Assembly: GCA_964449015.1 (NCBI GenBank)
Contig: CAYVBH010000002.1
Span: forward strand, 1 to 46,946
Source: an uncultured Bacteroidales bacterium
GTDB lineage: Bacteria > Bacteroidota > Bacteroidia > Bacteroidales > UBA10428
Length of the DNA stretch: 46,946 nt
Direction of reading: 5' to 3'
Shown one piece after another: positions 10,238 through 19,041 of the stretch. The position numbers and the translations under genes were made by a program. Within the stretch, counting starts at the first letter, position 1, and each line of letters begins with the position of its first letter. Below the pieces are notes generated by a model that did no database searches, was not told the origin of the DNA, and saw only the letters and a program-made list of their open reading frames with translations.

Positions 10238-12763
10238 ATGAAACTTTACCTAAAGCCCCCTCTGTTGGAGTTACTTGCAGTCTATCTCCTAACATCTTTG
10301 GTTTCCTGTGAAAAACCCACAATACCTGATGTATCAACTGCACAAGTTACAAGCATTACACAAACAGGTGCCATATCCGGAGGCAATGTAAAAAACAATG
10401 GAGGTGAGGAGGTTACTTCACGTGGTGTTTGCTGGAGCACTACTCAAGAGCCATCTGTCAATTCAGAAAAAACTAGCGATGGTACAGGTAATGGTAGTTT
10501 TATAAGTAATATTGACGATCTGATAGCGAATACTACTTACTATGTTTGTGCATATGCTATCAACAGTGAGGGTATCGGATATGGAAAGATAGTTCAGTTT
10601 GCCACAAAATCTCCCCTTCTACCCACTTTGACAACAACGGCAATTAGTTCAGTCACTGATACAACAGCGGTGTCAGGTGGAAATATAACTGATGATGGAG
10701 GCAGCGCAATTACTGCAAGAGGAGTTTGTTGGAATACTACTCCAGATCCGACGATTTCAAATAATAAAACACTGGATGGTGAAGGTAAGGGTATTTTTGT
10801 TAGTAAAATTAGCGGCTTATCAGCAAATACTACCTACTACGTACGTGCCTATGCCAGGAACAGCGAGGGTATCGGATATGGAAATGAAGTTAGTTTTGAA
10901 ACTCAAAAAGTTCCTCCGGAGGCAAACTTTACCGCTTCACCAACAACCATTACCGAAGGCCAGAGTGTGCAGTTTACTGACCAGTCCAAGAATAATCCGA
11001 CAAGCTGGAGTTGGAGTTTTGGCGACGATAGCACAGGTACATTACAAAGTCCCTCGCATATATACGCAACAGCCGGAACCTACACGGTCATCCTTACAGT
11101 GACCAATAGCGCAGGTTCCGATACGGAAACAAAAACCGGTTATATAACGGTAAGCGTAGGTGTTGTTAAACCGGTAGCTGCCTTCACTGCCTCTCCGACA
11201 ACCATTGCAACTGGACAGAATGTGCAGTTTACTGACCAATCCAAGAACAATCCCACAAGCTGGAGCTGGAATTTTGGCGACGAAGGCACAAGCACATCAC
11301 AAAATCCTTCACATACATACACCACACCAGGAACATATACAGTAAGCCTTACTTCTACCAACAGTGCTGGATCAGACGCTGAAACGAAAACCAATTTCAT
11401 TGTTGTTGTTGCTCCTCCGGAAGCAAACTTTACTGCTTCTCCGACAAGCATTACAGCTGGCCAGAGTGTGCAGTTTACTGACCAATCCAAGAACAATCCC
11501 ACAAGCTGGAGCTGGAATTTTGGTGACGGGGGCACAAGCACATCACAAAATCCTTCACATACATACACAACATTAGGAACATATACAGTAAGCCTTACTT
11601 CCACCAACAGTGCCGGATCAGATACTGAAACGAAAACCAATTTCATTGTTATTGGTGCTCCTCCGGTAACAGCTTTCACAGCCTCTCCGACAACTATTAC
11701 TGCTGGCCAGAGTGTGCAGTTTACTGACCAATCCACGAATAATCCCACAAGCTGGAGCTGGAATTTTGGCGACGGTGGTACGAGCACATCAAAAAGTCCC
11801 TCCCATACTTACGTAACTCCAGGAAAATATACAGTTATTTTGACAGTTACTAATGGTTCTGGATCGGACACTGAAACTAAATCCGACTTAATTAATGTTA
11901 ATCCAGTTCCTATAGCTCCAATTGCTTACTTTAGTGCTTCAACAAGAATAGTTACGGTAGGCGAAAGTGTACAGTTTACAGATAACTCAGCAAATATTCC
12001 AACAAGTTGGAGTTGGGATTTTGGAAATGGAGTTACCAGTACTTTAAAAAATCCCTCACATATATATTCACTGGCCGGAACATATACAGTAACTTTAATA
12101 GTAACTAATAGTGCCGGATCAGACACTGAATTAAAATCTAACTATATTAAAGTAGTTTTATGTCCTACTACCCTCACAGTCACCCATAGTGCAGGATTAG
12201 TAGCACCTGTTACAAAAACTGTAACTTATGGAATTGCTGAGACTGTTTTATCAGGCGCAAACAAATGCTGGATAACCAGCAATCTAGGGGCCGATAACCA
12301 GGCGGGCTCATCAACCGATGCTACTGACGCAGCAGCAGGGTGGTATTGGCAGTTTAACAAGAAGAGAGGTTACAAGCACGATGGAACAACTCGCACACCC
12401 AGTTCAACATGGATATCCTCCATTAACGAGGTAAGCAACTGGATAGCTGCAAACGATCCCTGTGCCATTCTCCTTGGCACAGGGTGGCGTATCCCGACTT
12501 CAACAGAATGGACTAATTTTGATAATAACGACGGATGGAATAATTATAACGACACATATGCATCTGTAATAAAGCTTCATGCGGCCGGTCGTTTAGATAG
12601 CAGAAACGGATCGCTCGACTATCGCGGCTCACATGGCATCTTTTGGAGCAGTACACAATTCAGTGATACTCCTGGCTGGTACTTGGTCATCACCAGTGGG
12701 GTAAGCTATATAGAGAATGGATCTAAGTCTTTCGGCTTCTCAATACGCTGTATTAAAGACTGA
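10238..12763 (+). CDS. Lipoprotein paralog 1: two Fn3-like N-domains, five PKD repeats, and a C-terminal FISUMP/DUF1566-like lectin-fold domain
   Basis: 841 aa with a lipobox (LVSC). PKD signatures 'FTASPT..GQSVQFTDQS.NNPTSWSWNFGDG.TS...NPSHTY...GTYTV.L' occur five times. The C-terminus carries 'GWRIPTSTEW...FWSST...SIRCIKD'. Confidence 0.8.
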   Translation: MKLYLKPPLLELLAVYLLTSLVSCEKPTIPDVSTAQVTSITQTGAISGGNVKNNGGEEVTSRGVCWSTTQEPSVNSEKTSDGTGNGSFISNIDDLIANTTYYVCAYAINSEGIGYGKIVQFATKSPLLPTLTTTAISSVTDTTAVSGGNITDDGGSAITARGVCWNTTPDPTISNNKTLDGEGKGIFVSKISGLSANTTYYVRAYARNSEGIGYGNEVSFETQKVPPEANFTASPTTITEGQSVQFTDQSKNNPTSWSWSFGDDSTGTLQSPSHIYATAGTYTVILTVTNSAGSDTETKTGYITVSVGVVKPVAAFTASPTTIATGQNVQFTDQSKNNPTSWSWNFGDEGTSTSQNPSHTYTTPGTYTVSLTSTNSAGSDAETKTNFIVVVAPPEANFTASPTSITAGQSVQFTDQSKNNPTSWSWNFGDGGTSTSQNPSHTYTTLGTYTVSLTSTNSAGSDTETKTNFIVIGAPPVTAFTASPTTITAGQSVQFTDQSTNNPTSWSWNFGDGGTSTSKSPSHTYVTPGKYTVILTVTNGSGSDTETKSDLINVNPVPIAPIAYFSASTRIVTVGESVQFTDNSANIPTSWSWDFGNGVTSTLKNPSHIYSLAGTYTVTLIVTNSAGSDTELKSNYIKVVLCPTTLTVTHSAGLVAPVTKTVTYGIAETVLSGANKCWITSNLGADNQAGSSTDATDAAAGWYWQFNKKRGYKHDGTTRTPSSTWISSINEVSNWIAANDPCAILLGTGWRIPTSTEWTNFDNNDGWNNYNDTYASVIKLHAAGRLDSRNGSLDYRGSHGIFWSSTQFSDTPGWYLVITSGVSYIENGSKSFGFSIRCIKD
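10910..12155 (+). repeat. Intragenic tandem array of 5 PKD-domain coding units (about 245-bp period), paralog 1
   Basis: The translated units recur with roughly 70-90% identity. Confidence 0.85.
11221..11789 (+). repeat. 569-bp block almost identical to 16200-16768 (copy A)
   Basis: Base-by-base comparison by eye found a single mismatch (11738 a vs 16717 c), with a constant offset of 4979 bp. Confidence 0.9.
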
Positions 12764-12905
12764 ACCTATTTATGCTTGTAGAATAACCATTGCCCTATTC
12801 TGATCGTTTCCAGCGGATTAAACGGAGTATAATTTGGTATTAGTTAATTAAGTAATTATTCCCTAGTAATCATTTCATAGAGGTAGTAATCAAATTTTTG
12901 CAGCT

Positions 12906-13600
12906 ATGAAACCTTACCTAAAGCCCCCCCTGTTGGAGTTACTTGCAGTCTATCTCCTAACATCCTTGGTTTCCTGTGAGAAACCTACAATACCTGATGT
13001 ATCAACTGCACAAGTTACAGACATTACACAAACAGGTGCCATATCAGGAGGTAATGTAAAAAACAATGGAGGCGAGGAGGTTACTGCACGTGGCGCCTGC
13101 TGGAGCATTGCCAGAAATCCAACCATAGGCTCAAGTAAAACAACTGATGGTACTGGCAATGGTAATTTTGTCAGTAAAATTACCGGCTTATCAGCAAATA
13201 CTACCTACTATGTGCGTGCCTATGCTATAAACAGTGAGGGTATCGGATATGGAAATGAAGTAAGTTTTGAAACTCAAAAAGGTCCTCCGGAAGCAAACTT
13301 TACAGCTTCACCAACAACCATTACTGCTGGCCAGAGTGTGCAGTTTACTGACCAGTCCACGAATAATCCCACAAGCTGGAGCTGGAATTTCGGTGACGGA
13401 AGCACAGGCACATCACAAAATCCCTCACATACATACACCACAGTCGGAACTTTTACGGTCATCCTTACGGTAAACAACGATGCCGGATCGGACACGGAAA
13501 CGAAATCAAGCTATATTACCGTAAATGAGGCTATTGTTAAACCGGTAGCTGACTTCACAGCCTCTCCAACAACCATTACCGAAGGCCAGAGTGTGCAGTT
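12906..13600 (+). repeat. About 0.7-kb 5' block shared with paralog 3 (15259-15953)
   Basis: Constant offset of 2353 bp. By eye there are roughly 25 mismatches in about 700 bp. The similarity begins at the ATG and is absent from the upstream leader. Confidence 0.75.
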
Positions 13601-15188
13601 TACTGACCACTCTATGAATAATCCCACAAGCTGGAGCTGGAATTTCGGTGACGATAGCACAAGCACATCACAAAATCCTTCACATACATACACAAAAGCC
13701 GGAACCTACACGGTCATCCTTACAGTGACGAATAGTGCAGGTTCCGATACGGAAACAAAAACCGGTTATATAACGGTAAGCGTAGGTGTTGTTAAACCGG
13801 TAGCTGCCTTCACTGCCTCTCCGACAACCATTACTTCTGGCCAGAGTGTGCAGTTTACTGACCAATCCAAGAACAATCCAACAAGCTGGAGTTGGAGTTT
13901 TGGCGACGGGAGCACAAGCACATTACAAAATCCTTCACATACATACACTACACCAGGAACATATACAGTAAGCCTTACTTCTACCAACAGTGCCGGATCA
14001 GATACTAAAACGAAAACCAATTTCATTGCTTTAGTTGCTCCTCCGATAGCAGATTTCACAGTATCACAAACGAATATTAAAACAGGTCAGAGTGTACAGT
14101 TTACTGATCAATCCAAGAATAATCCCACAAGTTGGAGCTGGAATTTTGGCGACGGGGGTACAAGCACATCACAAAATCCTTCACATACATACACAGCATT
14201 AGGAACATATACAGTAAGCCTTACTTCCACCAACAGTGCCGGATCAGATACTGAAACGAAAACCAATTTCATTGTTGTTATAGCTCCTCCGGAAGCAGCT
14301 TTCACGGTATCACAAATGAATATTTCAGCAGGTCAGAGTATACAGTTTACTGACCAATCCAAGAATAATCCCACAAGCTGGAGCTGGAATTTTGGAGATG
14401 GAGTTACCAGTACTTTAAAAAGTCCCTCGCATATATATTCAGTGGCCGGAACATATACAGTAACATTAATAGCAACTAATAGTGCCGGATCAGACACTGA
14501 AACCAAAACGAAATATATAACTGTTAATCCGGAAACAACAGTTACAGATCGCGATGGTAATGTTTATAAAACAGTGAAAATCGGTAATCAGGTTTGGATG
14601 CAAGAGAATCTGAAAACAACCCATCTAAATGATGGAGTTGTGATTGAAAAAACTACTGAACAACGTGCATGGGATGATTTATCCTATAGCTCATATTGCT
14701 GGTACCGTAACGACGAAGCGGCTTACAAAAATATATACGGTGCGTTGTACAATTGGTATGCAGTGAATACTAATAGATTGTGTCCATCGGGTTGGCATGT
14801 ACCTACGGATGCTGAGTGGACAGTATTAGAAAATTTCCTCATTCAAAATGGTTATAATTATGATGGAACTACAACTGGAAACAAAATTGCGAAATCCTTG
14901 GCATCTGCCACTGGTTGGACTTCATCTACTGATCCCGGTACAGTTGGCAATAATGATTATCCTAATAAGAGAAATGCTTCTGGCTTTACAGGTCTTCCGG
15001 GAGGTTTACGGGTAGGAAGTGGAGATTCCGGTTTTGGCTATGTTGGTACTGAAGGAGAATGGTGGTCGTCTACGTCGTACTCAACAACAACTGCCTGGAA
15101 TCGAAGTCTATTCTACCTCAATAGCAAAGTTGGCAGATATTCTCCAAATAAGAAGAATGGATATTCTATTCGTTGTTTAAAAAATTAA
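12906..15188 (+). CDS. Lipoprotein paralog 2: one Fn3-like N-domain, five PKD repeats, and a canonical Fibrobacter-succinogenes-major-paralogous (FISUMP) C-terminal domain
   Basis: 760 aa with the same lipobox. The C-terminus 'VTDRDGNVYKTVKIGNQVWMQENL...YGALYNWYAV...CPSGWHVPTDAEW...SGFTGLPGG...WWSST...SIRCLKN' is the classic FISUMP pattern. Confidence 0.85.
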   Translation: MKPYLKPPLLELLAVYLLTSLVSCEKPTIPDVSTAQVTDITQTGAISGGNVKNNGGEEVTARGACWSIARNPTIGSSKTTDGTGNGNFVSKITGLSANTTYYVRAYAINSEGIGYGNEVSFETQKGPPEANFTASPTTITAGQSVQFTDQSTNNPTSWSWNFGDGSTGTSQNPSHTYTTVGTFTVILTVNNDAGSDTETKSSYITVNEAIVKPVADFTASPTTITEGQSVQFTDHSMNNPTSWSWNFGDDSTSTSQNPSHTYTKAGTYTVILTVTNSAGSDTETKTGYITVSVGVVKPVAAFTASPTTITSGQSVQFTDQSKNNPTSWSWSFGDGSTSTLQNPSHTYTTPGTYTVSLTSTNSAGSDTKTKTNFIALVAPPIADFTVSQTNIKTGQSVQFTDQSKNNPTSWSWNFGDGGTSTSQNPSHTYTALGTYTVSLTSTNSAGSDTETKTNFIVVIAPPEAAFTVSQMNISAGQSIQFTDQSKNNPTSWSWNFGDGVTSTLKSPSHIYSVAGTYTVTLIATNSAGSDTETKTKYITVNPETTVTDRDGNVYKTVKIGNQVWMQENLKTTHLNDGVVIEKTTEQRAWDDLSYSSYCWYRNDEAAYKNIYGALYNWYAVNTNRLCPSGWHVPTDAEWTVLENFLIQNGYNYDGTTTGNKIAKSLASATGWTSSTDPGTVGNNDYPNKRNASGFTGLPGGLRVGSGDSGFGYVGTEGEWWSSTSYSTTTAWNRSLFYLNSKVGRYSPNKKNGYSIRCLKN
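13275..14526 (+). repeat. Intragenic tandem array of 5 PKD-domain coding units, paralog 2
   Basis: Five FT(A/V)S..GQS(V/I)QFTD..WSW.FGD units. Confidence 0.85.
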
Positions 15189-15258
15189 AAAATAAATCTC
15201 AAACAAACAGGAACCTTTGAAAATGATAGTTATAAAAGTCTAAAGTATACTAACACTC

Positions 15259-17490
15259 ATGAAACCTTACCTAAAGATTCCCCTGTTGGAGTTACTTGCA
15301 GTCTATCTCCTAACATCCTTGGTTTCCTGTGAAAAACCGACAATACCTGATGTATCAACTGCACAAGTTACCGACATTACACAAACAGGTGCCATATCAG
15401 GAGGCAATGTAAAAAACAATGGAGGCGAGGAGGTTACTGCACGTGGTGCCTGCTGGAGCATTGCCAGAAATCCAACCATAGGCTCAAGTAAAACAACCGA
15501 TGGTACTGGCAATGGTATTTTTGTCAGTAAAATTACCGGCTTATCAGCAAATACTACCTACTATGTACGTGCCTATGCTATGAACAGTGAGGGTATCGGA
15601 TATGGAAATGAAGTAAGTTTTGAAACTCAAAAAGGTCCTCCAGAAGCAAACTTTACTGCTTCTCCAACAACCATTATTGCTGGCCAGAGTGTGCAGTTTA
15701 CTGACCAATCCACGAATAATCCCACAAGCTGGAGTTGGAATTTCGGTGACGAAAGCACAGGCACATCACAAAATCCCTCACATACATACACCACAGCAGG
15801 AACTTTTACGGTCAGCCTTACGGTAAACAACGATGCCGGATCGGACACGGAAACGAAATCAAGCTATATTACCGTAAATGAGGCTATTGTTAAACCGGTA
15901 GCTGACTTCACAGCCTCTCCGACAACCATTACAACTGGCCAGAGTGTGCAGTTTACTGACCAATCCACGAATAATCCCACAAGCTGGAGCTGGAATTTCG
16001 GTGACGGGGGCACAAGCACATCACAAAATCCTTCACATACATACACCATAGCAGGAACATTTACAGTAAGCCTTACGGTAAACAACGATGCCGGATCGGA
16101 CACGGAAACGAAATCAAACTATATTGCCATGGGTGGGCCTATTGCTAAACCGGTAGCTGCCTTCACAGCCTCTCCGACAACCATTACAGCTGGCCAGAGT
16201 GTGCAGTTTACTGACCAATCCAAGAACAATCCCACAAGCTGGAGCTGGAATTTTGGCGACGAAGGCACAAGCACATCACAAAATCCTTCACATACATACA
16301 CCACACCAGGAACATATACAGTAAGCCTTACTTCTACCAACAGTGCTGGATCAGACGCTGAAACGAAAACCAATTTCATTGTTGTTGTTGCTCCTCCGGA
16401 AGCAAACTTTACTGCTTCTCCGACAAGCATTACAGCTGGCCAGAGTGTGCAGTTTACTGACCAATCCAAGAACAATCCCACAAGCTGGAGCTGGAATTTT
16501 GGTGACGGGGGCACAAGCACATCACAAAATCCTTCACATACATACACAACATTAGGAACATATACAGTAAGCCTTACTTCCACCAACAGTGCCGGATCAG
16601 ATACTGAAACGAAAACCAATTTCATTGTTATTGGTGCTCCTCCGGTAACAGCTTTCACAGCCTCTCCGACAACTATTACTGCTGGCCAGAGTGTGCAGTT
16701 TACTGACCAATCCACGCATAATCCCACAAGCTGGAGCTGGAATTTTGGCGACGGTGGTACGAGCACATTAAGAAATCCTTCACATTTGTATTCAATAGCG
16801 GGATCTTATGCAGTTAGCCTTATGGTAACCAATAGTTTCGGATCAGATACTGAAATTAAATCTAATTATATTACTGTAGAAAAAATATGTCCAACTTCCA
16901 TAGTTGTAACCCACTTGACTGGATTAGTTGCGCCTGTGACCAAAACAGTAACATACGTAATAGCTGAAACAAACTTGTCTGGCGAAAATAAATGTTGGAT
17001 AACCAGTAATCTGGGTGCCGATAGACAGGCAAGTTCGGCTACTGATGCTAGTGAGGCGGCATCAGGCTGGTACTGGCAATTTAATCGGAAACAGGGCTAC
17101 AAACATGATGGGGCCACTCGCACACCAAATTCAGTCTGGATCACTCCTATAGATGAGAACAGTAATTGGACAATTGCCAACGACCCTTGCAATATTCTTC
17201 TTGGCACTGGTTGGCGTATCCCTACATATACGGAATGGAGTAATGTTGATAACAATGACAAATGGGAGGATTACAATGATACTTATGCATCAGTATTGAA
17301 GCTCCATGTTAACGGAGATTTAAACAATTCTGGTGAACTACATAGTAGAGGTTCTTATGGTTTCCGCTGGAGCAGTACACAATTCAGCAGCGTATACGGT
17401 TGGTACCTATCTTTCGCCAGTACTTACAGTGGTTTAGGCAACAATGGTTATAAGGCTTATGCACGCTCAATCCGCTGCATTAGAGACTGA
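15259..17490 (+). CDS. Lipoprotein paralog 3: one Fn3-like N-domain, five PKD repeats, and a C-terminal lectin-fold domain of the paralog-1 type
   Basis: 743 aa. The 5' third is close to paralog 2, PKD units 3-5 are essentially identical to paralog 1, and the C-terminal domain is a diverged copy of paralog 1's ('GWRIPTYTEW...RWSST...SIRCIRD'). Confidence 0.8.
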   Translation: MKPYLKIPLLELLAVYLLTSLVSCEKPTIPDVSTAQVTDITQTGAISGGNVKNNGGEEVTARGACWSIARNPTIGSSKTTDGTGNGIFVSKITGLSANTTYYVRAYAMNSEGIGYGNEVSFETQKGPPEANFTASPTTIIAGQSVQFTDQSTNNPTSWSWNFGDESTGTSQNPSHTYTTAGTFTVSLTVNNDAGSDTETKSSYITVNEAIVKPVADFTASPTTITTGQSVQFTDQSTNNPTSWSWNFGDGGTSTSQNPSHTYTIAGTFTVSLTVNNDAGSDTETKSNYIAMGGPIAKPVAAFTASPTTITAGQSVQFTDQSKNNPTSWSWNFGDEGTSTSQNPSHTYTTPGTYTVSLTSTNSAGSDAETKTNFIVVVAPPEANFTASPTSITAGQSVQFTDQSKNNPTSWSWNFGDGGTSTSQNPSHTYTTLGTYTVSLTSTNSAGSDTETKTNFIVIGAPPVTAFTASPTTITAGQSVQFTDQSTHNPTSWSWNFGDGGTSTLRNPSHLYSIAGSYAVSLMVTNSFGSDTEIKSNYITVEKICPTSIVVTHLTGLVAPVTKTVTYVIAETNLSGENKCWITSNLGADRQASSATDASEAASGWYWQFNRKQGYKHDGATRTPNSVWITPIDENSNWTIANDPCNILLGTGWRIPTYTEWSNVDNNDKWEDYNDTYASVLKLHVNGDLNNSGELHSRGSYGFRWSSTQFSSVYGWYLSFASTYSGLGNNGYKAYARSIRCIRD
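15628..16880 (+). repeat. Intragenic tandem array of 5 PKD-domain coding units, paralog 3
   Basis: Five PKD signatures in the translation. Confidence 0.85.
16200..16768 (+). repeat. 569-bp block almost identical to 11221-11789 (copy B)
   Basis: See copy A. The flanking sequence on both sides is much more diverged. Confidence 0.9.
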
Positions 17491-17542
17491 CCTTGTTAAG
17501 ATTCCATGGGATCGACATTACTTGAATAATAAAAATTACAGA

Positions 17543-18970
17543 ATGACAACTCGAATAATAACTATTTTTTGGTTGAATGTGTTGCTTTTTGGATCAGTTC
17601 AGGCCAAGGATAAATCATTAACAATTTATTTGCGTGGCGTTTATGAAAGTAAAATAAGCTTGCTGTCATTGACTGGACCAAATGCCCTAAAATCAATCGC
17701 AATAGTTGAAAGTGTAAAAAATGGAGAAGCAACAATACTTCAAGTATCCATGGATAATTTACCCGGTGAGTTTGTTTTGCGATTCGATTATAAAGAAAAT
17801 GCGGCAAGTACGCCTTACCCTTCTGAAAAGAGAATTGTAATATATAACCAGGATCTGAAACTATGGGTACATCCGATATACTGTAATAATACTGACAGTA
17901 CCTGGTTCCAGAATGATGAAAGAGAAAACACTACCTATGACCGGTTTCTTCAGGAAAATGGAAGGAATAAGCAGATGCTGGGTTTAATTCAAAATTTTTT
18001 GTTGAACTATGATAATCCTAATTCATCATTTTACCATGAGGGTATTACCGAGTACGAGAAAAGACGTGTAACCTATAATCAGTGGATTGCTGAACAAACC
18101 AATCAGTATAAAGCGCTGTTTGTAAGTAACTTGTTTGGATTCGAACTTGTACCGCAAATTGATTGGAAAGGAAACGAAGGCGATAGAAAACGAAGTTTAA
18201 GGGACAATTATTTTGATGGGATGGAATTCAGCGATTCACTTTTAATAAAAACCTCTATCTTGAAGGAATGGATGGATGGATATGTGAACCTGTATGGTGA
18301 ACTGGCCACTACCGTAGCCTTGCGTGATTCGCTTTTCACCCTTGCGGGAAAAATTGCTATTGAAAAGGCCCATACCGGGAATCCAAAGGTTTATGGATGG
18401 ATGGTTGATTATTTCTTCAACGGCTTTGAAAGTTATAATATTGAAAAAGGTATAAAAATGCTACAACAATACCTCGACGACCCCAATTGCTTAACAACCA
18501 AGCGTCAGGAAATAAACAAAAGGTTACAGGGAATAGAAACAATGGTTCCGGGGGCGATCGCTCCAAATATTATAATGTCGGACGCTCAAAACAAACCATT
18601 TGAGCTCAATGCTTATCAGACGGATGATATATACATACTTCTCCTTTTCTGGTCAGCAGACTGTAATCATTGCACAGAAACTGCCGGAGAATTGAATTCC
18701 TGGTATCACAATACGGAAGTGCAGGCTTTGTTGGATATTGTGGCCATCAGCCTTGACGAGACCGAAAATGAGATCCGGGCATGGCAACAAAAGAAAGAGG
18801 AACTCAGGGATTGGATACACCTGCGGGCAGAGGAAGGCGTGCGCAGCAAAGTTGCCGGTGACTATTATATACTGGGCATTCCCGTGATGATACTGGTAGA
18901 TGCCAGAACCAAAGAGATCATTGCCCTACCGGAAAATACAGAGCAATTAGATGATCTTTTAAATTTGTAA
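17543..18970 (+). CDS. Secreted protein with C-terminal TlpA/ResA-like thioredoxin-fold domain
   Basis: The ORF is open from 17444, but that start overlaps the preceding gene. The ATG at 17543 gives 'MTTRIITIFWLNVLLFGSVQA', a clean signal peptide. The C-terminus 'ILLLFWSADCNHCTE' carries the CxxC motif of thiol-disulfide oxidoreductases. Confidence 0.6.
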   Translation: MTTRIITIFWLNVLLFGSVQAKDKSLTIYLRGVYESKISLLSLTGPNALKSIAIVESVKNGEATILQVSMDNLPGEFVLRFDYKENAASTPYPSEKRIVIYNQDLKLWVHPIYCNNTDSTWFQNDERENTTYDRFLQENGRNKQMLGLIQNFLLNYDNPNSSFYHEGITEYEKRRVTYNQWIAEQTNQYKALFVSNLFGFELVPQIDWKGNEGDRKRSLRDNYFDGMEFSDSLLIKTSILKEWMDGYVNLYGELATTVALRDSLFTLAGKIAIEKAHTGNPKVYGWMVDYFFNGFESYNIEKGIKMLQQYLDDPNCLTTKRQEINKRLQGIETMVPGAIAPNIIMSDAQNKPFELNAYQTDDIYILLLFWSADCNHCTETAGELNSWYHNTEVQALLDIVAISLDETENEIRAWQQKKEELRDWIHLRAEEGVRSKVAGDYYILGIPVMILVDARTKEIIALPENTEQLDDLLNL

Positions 18971-19041
18971 TATAGATTTTCTATTAGCTATACCCGCACT
19001 GTTGGTCAAGAGAAGGGAGCAGTAAAAGAAGATATGGAGTT

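Noticed and set aside
11140-11787. A 215-aa antisense ORF inside the PKD array. It has a near-identical twin at 16119-16766, and there are many 60-100-aa antisense or alternate-frame ORFs across 10.7-16.8 kb.
   Set aside because: They lie entirely within, and opposite or out of frame to, strongly supported PKD-repeat coding sequence. Their translations are low-complexity mirror images with no motifs. Their length comes from the repetitive, stop-poor codon composition, and the twin simply reflects the duplicated DNA block.
10910-16880. Regular repeats of about 245 bp that could be mistaken for a CRISPR array, a satellite or a non-coding tandem repeat.
   Set aside because: The period is far longer than CRISPR repeats and there are no unique spacers. 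Every unit translates in frame into a PKD domain within long ORFs.
12156-17490. A possible diversity-generating retroelement targeting the lectin-fold C-terminal domains.
   Set aside because: No reverse-transcriptase ORF occurs anywhere in the window. I saw no template/variable repeat pair and no adenine-specific mismatch pattern.
17444-17542. N-terminal ORF extensions: 17444 (thioredoxin-like), 20673-20765 (TssO-like), 41167-41193 (fabD), 39219-39251 (tssF) and 23458 (DUF4123).
   Set aside because: The extensions overlap upstream genes or precede clean signal peptides or canonical N-termini, so internal ATG starts are more plausible. The tssF and GHL10 starts remain uncertain.
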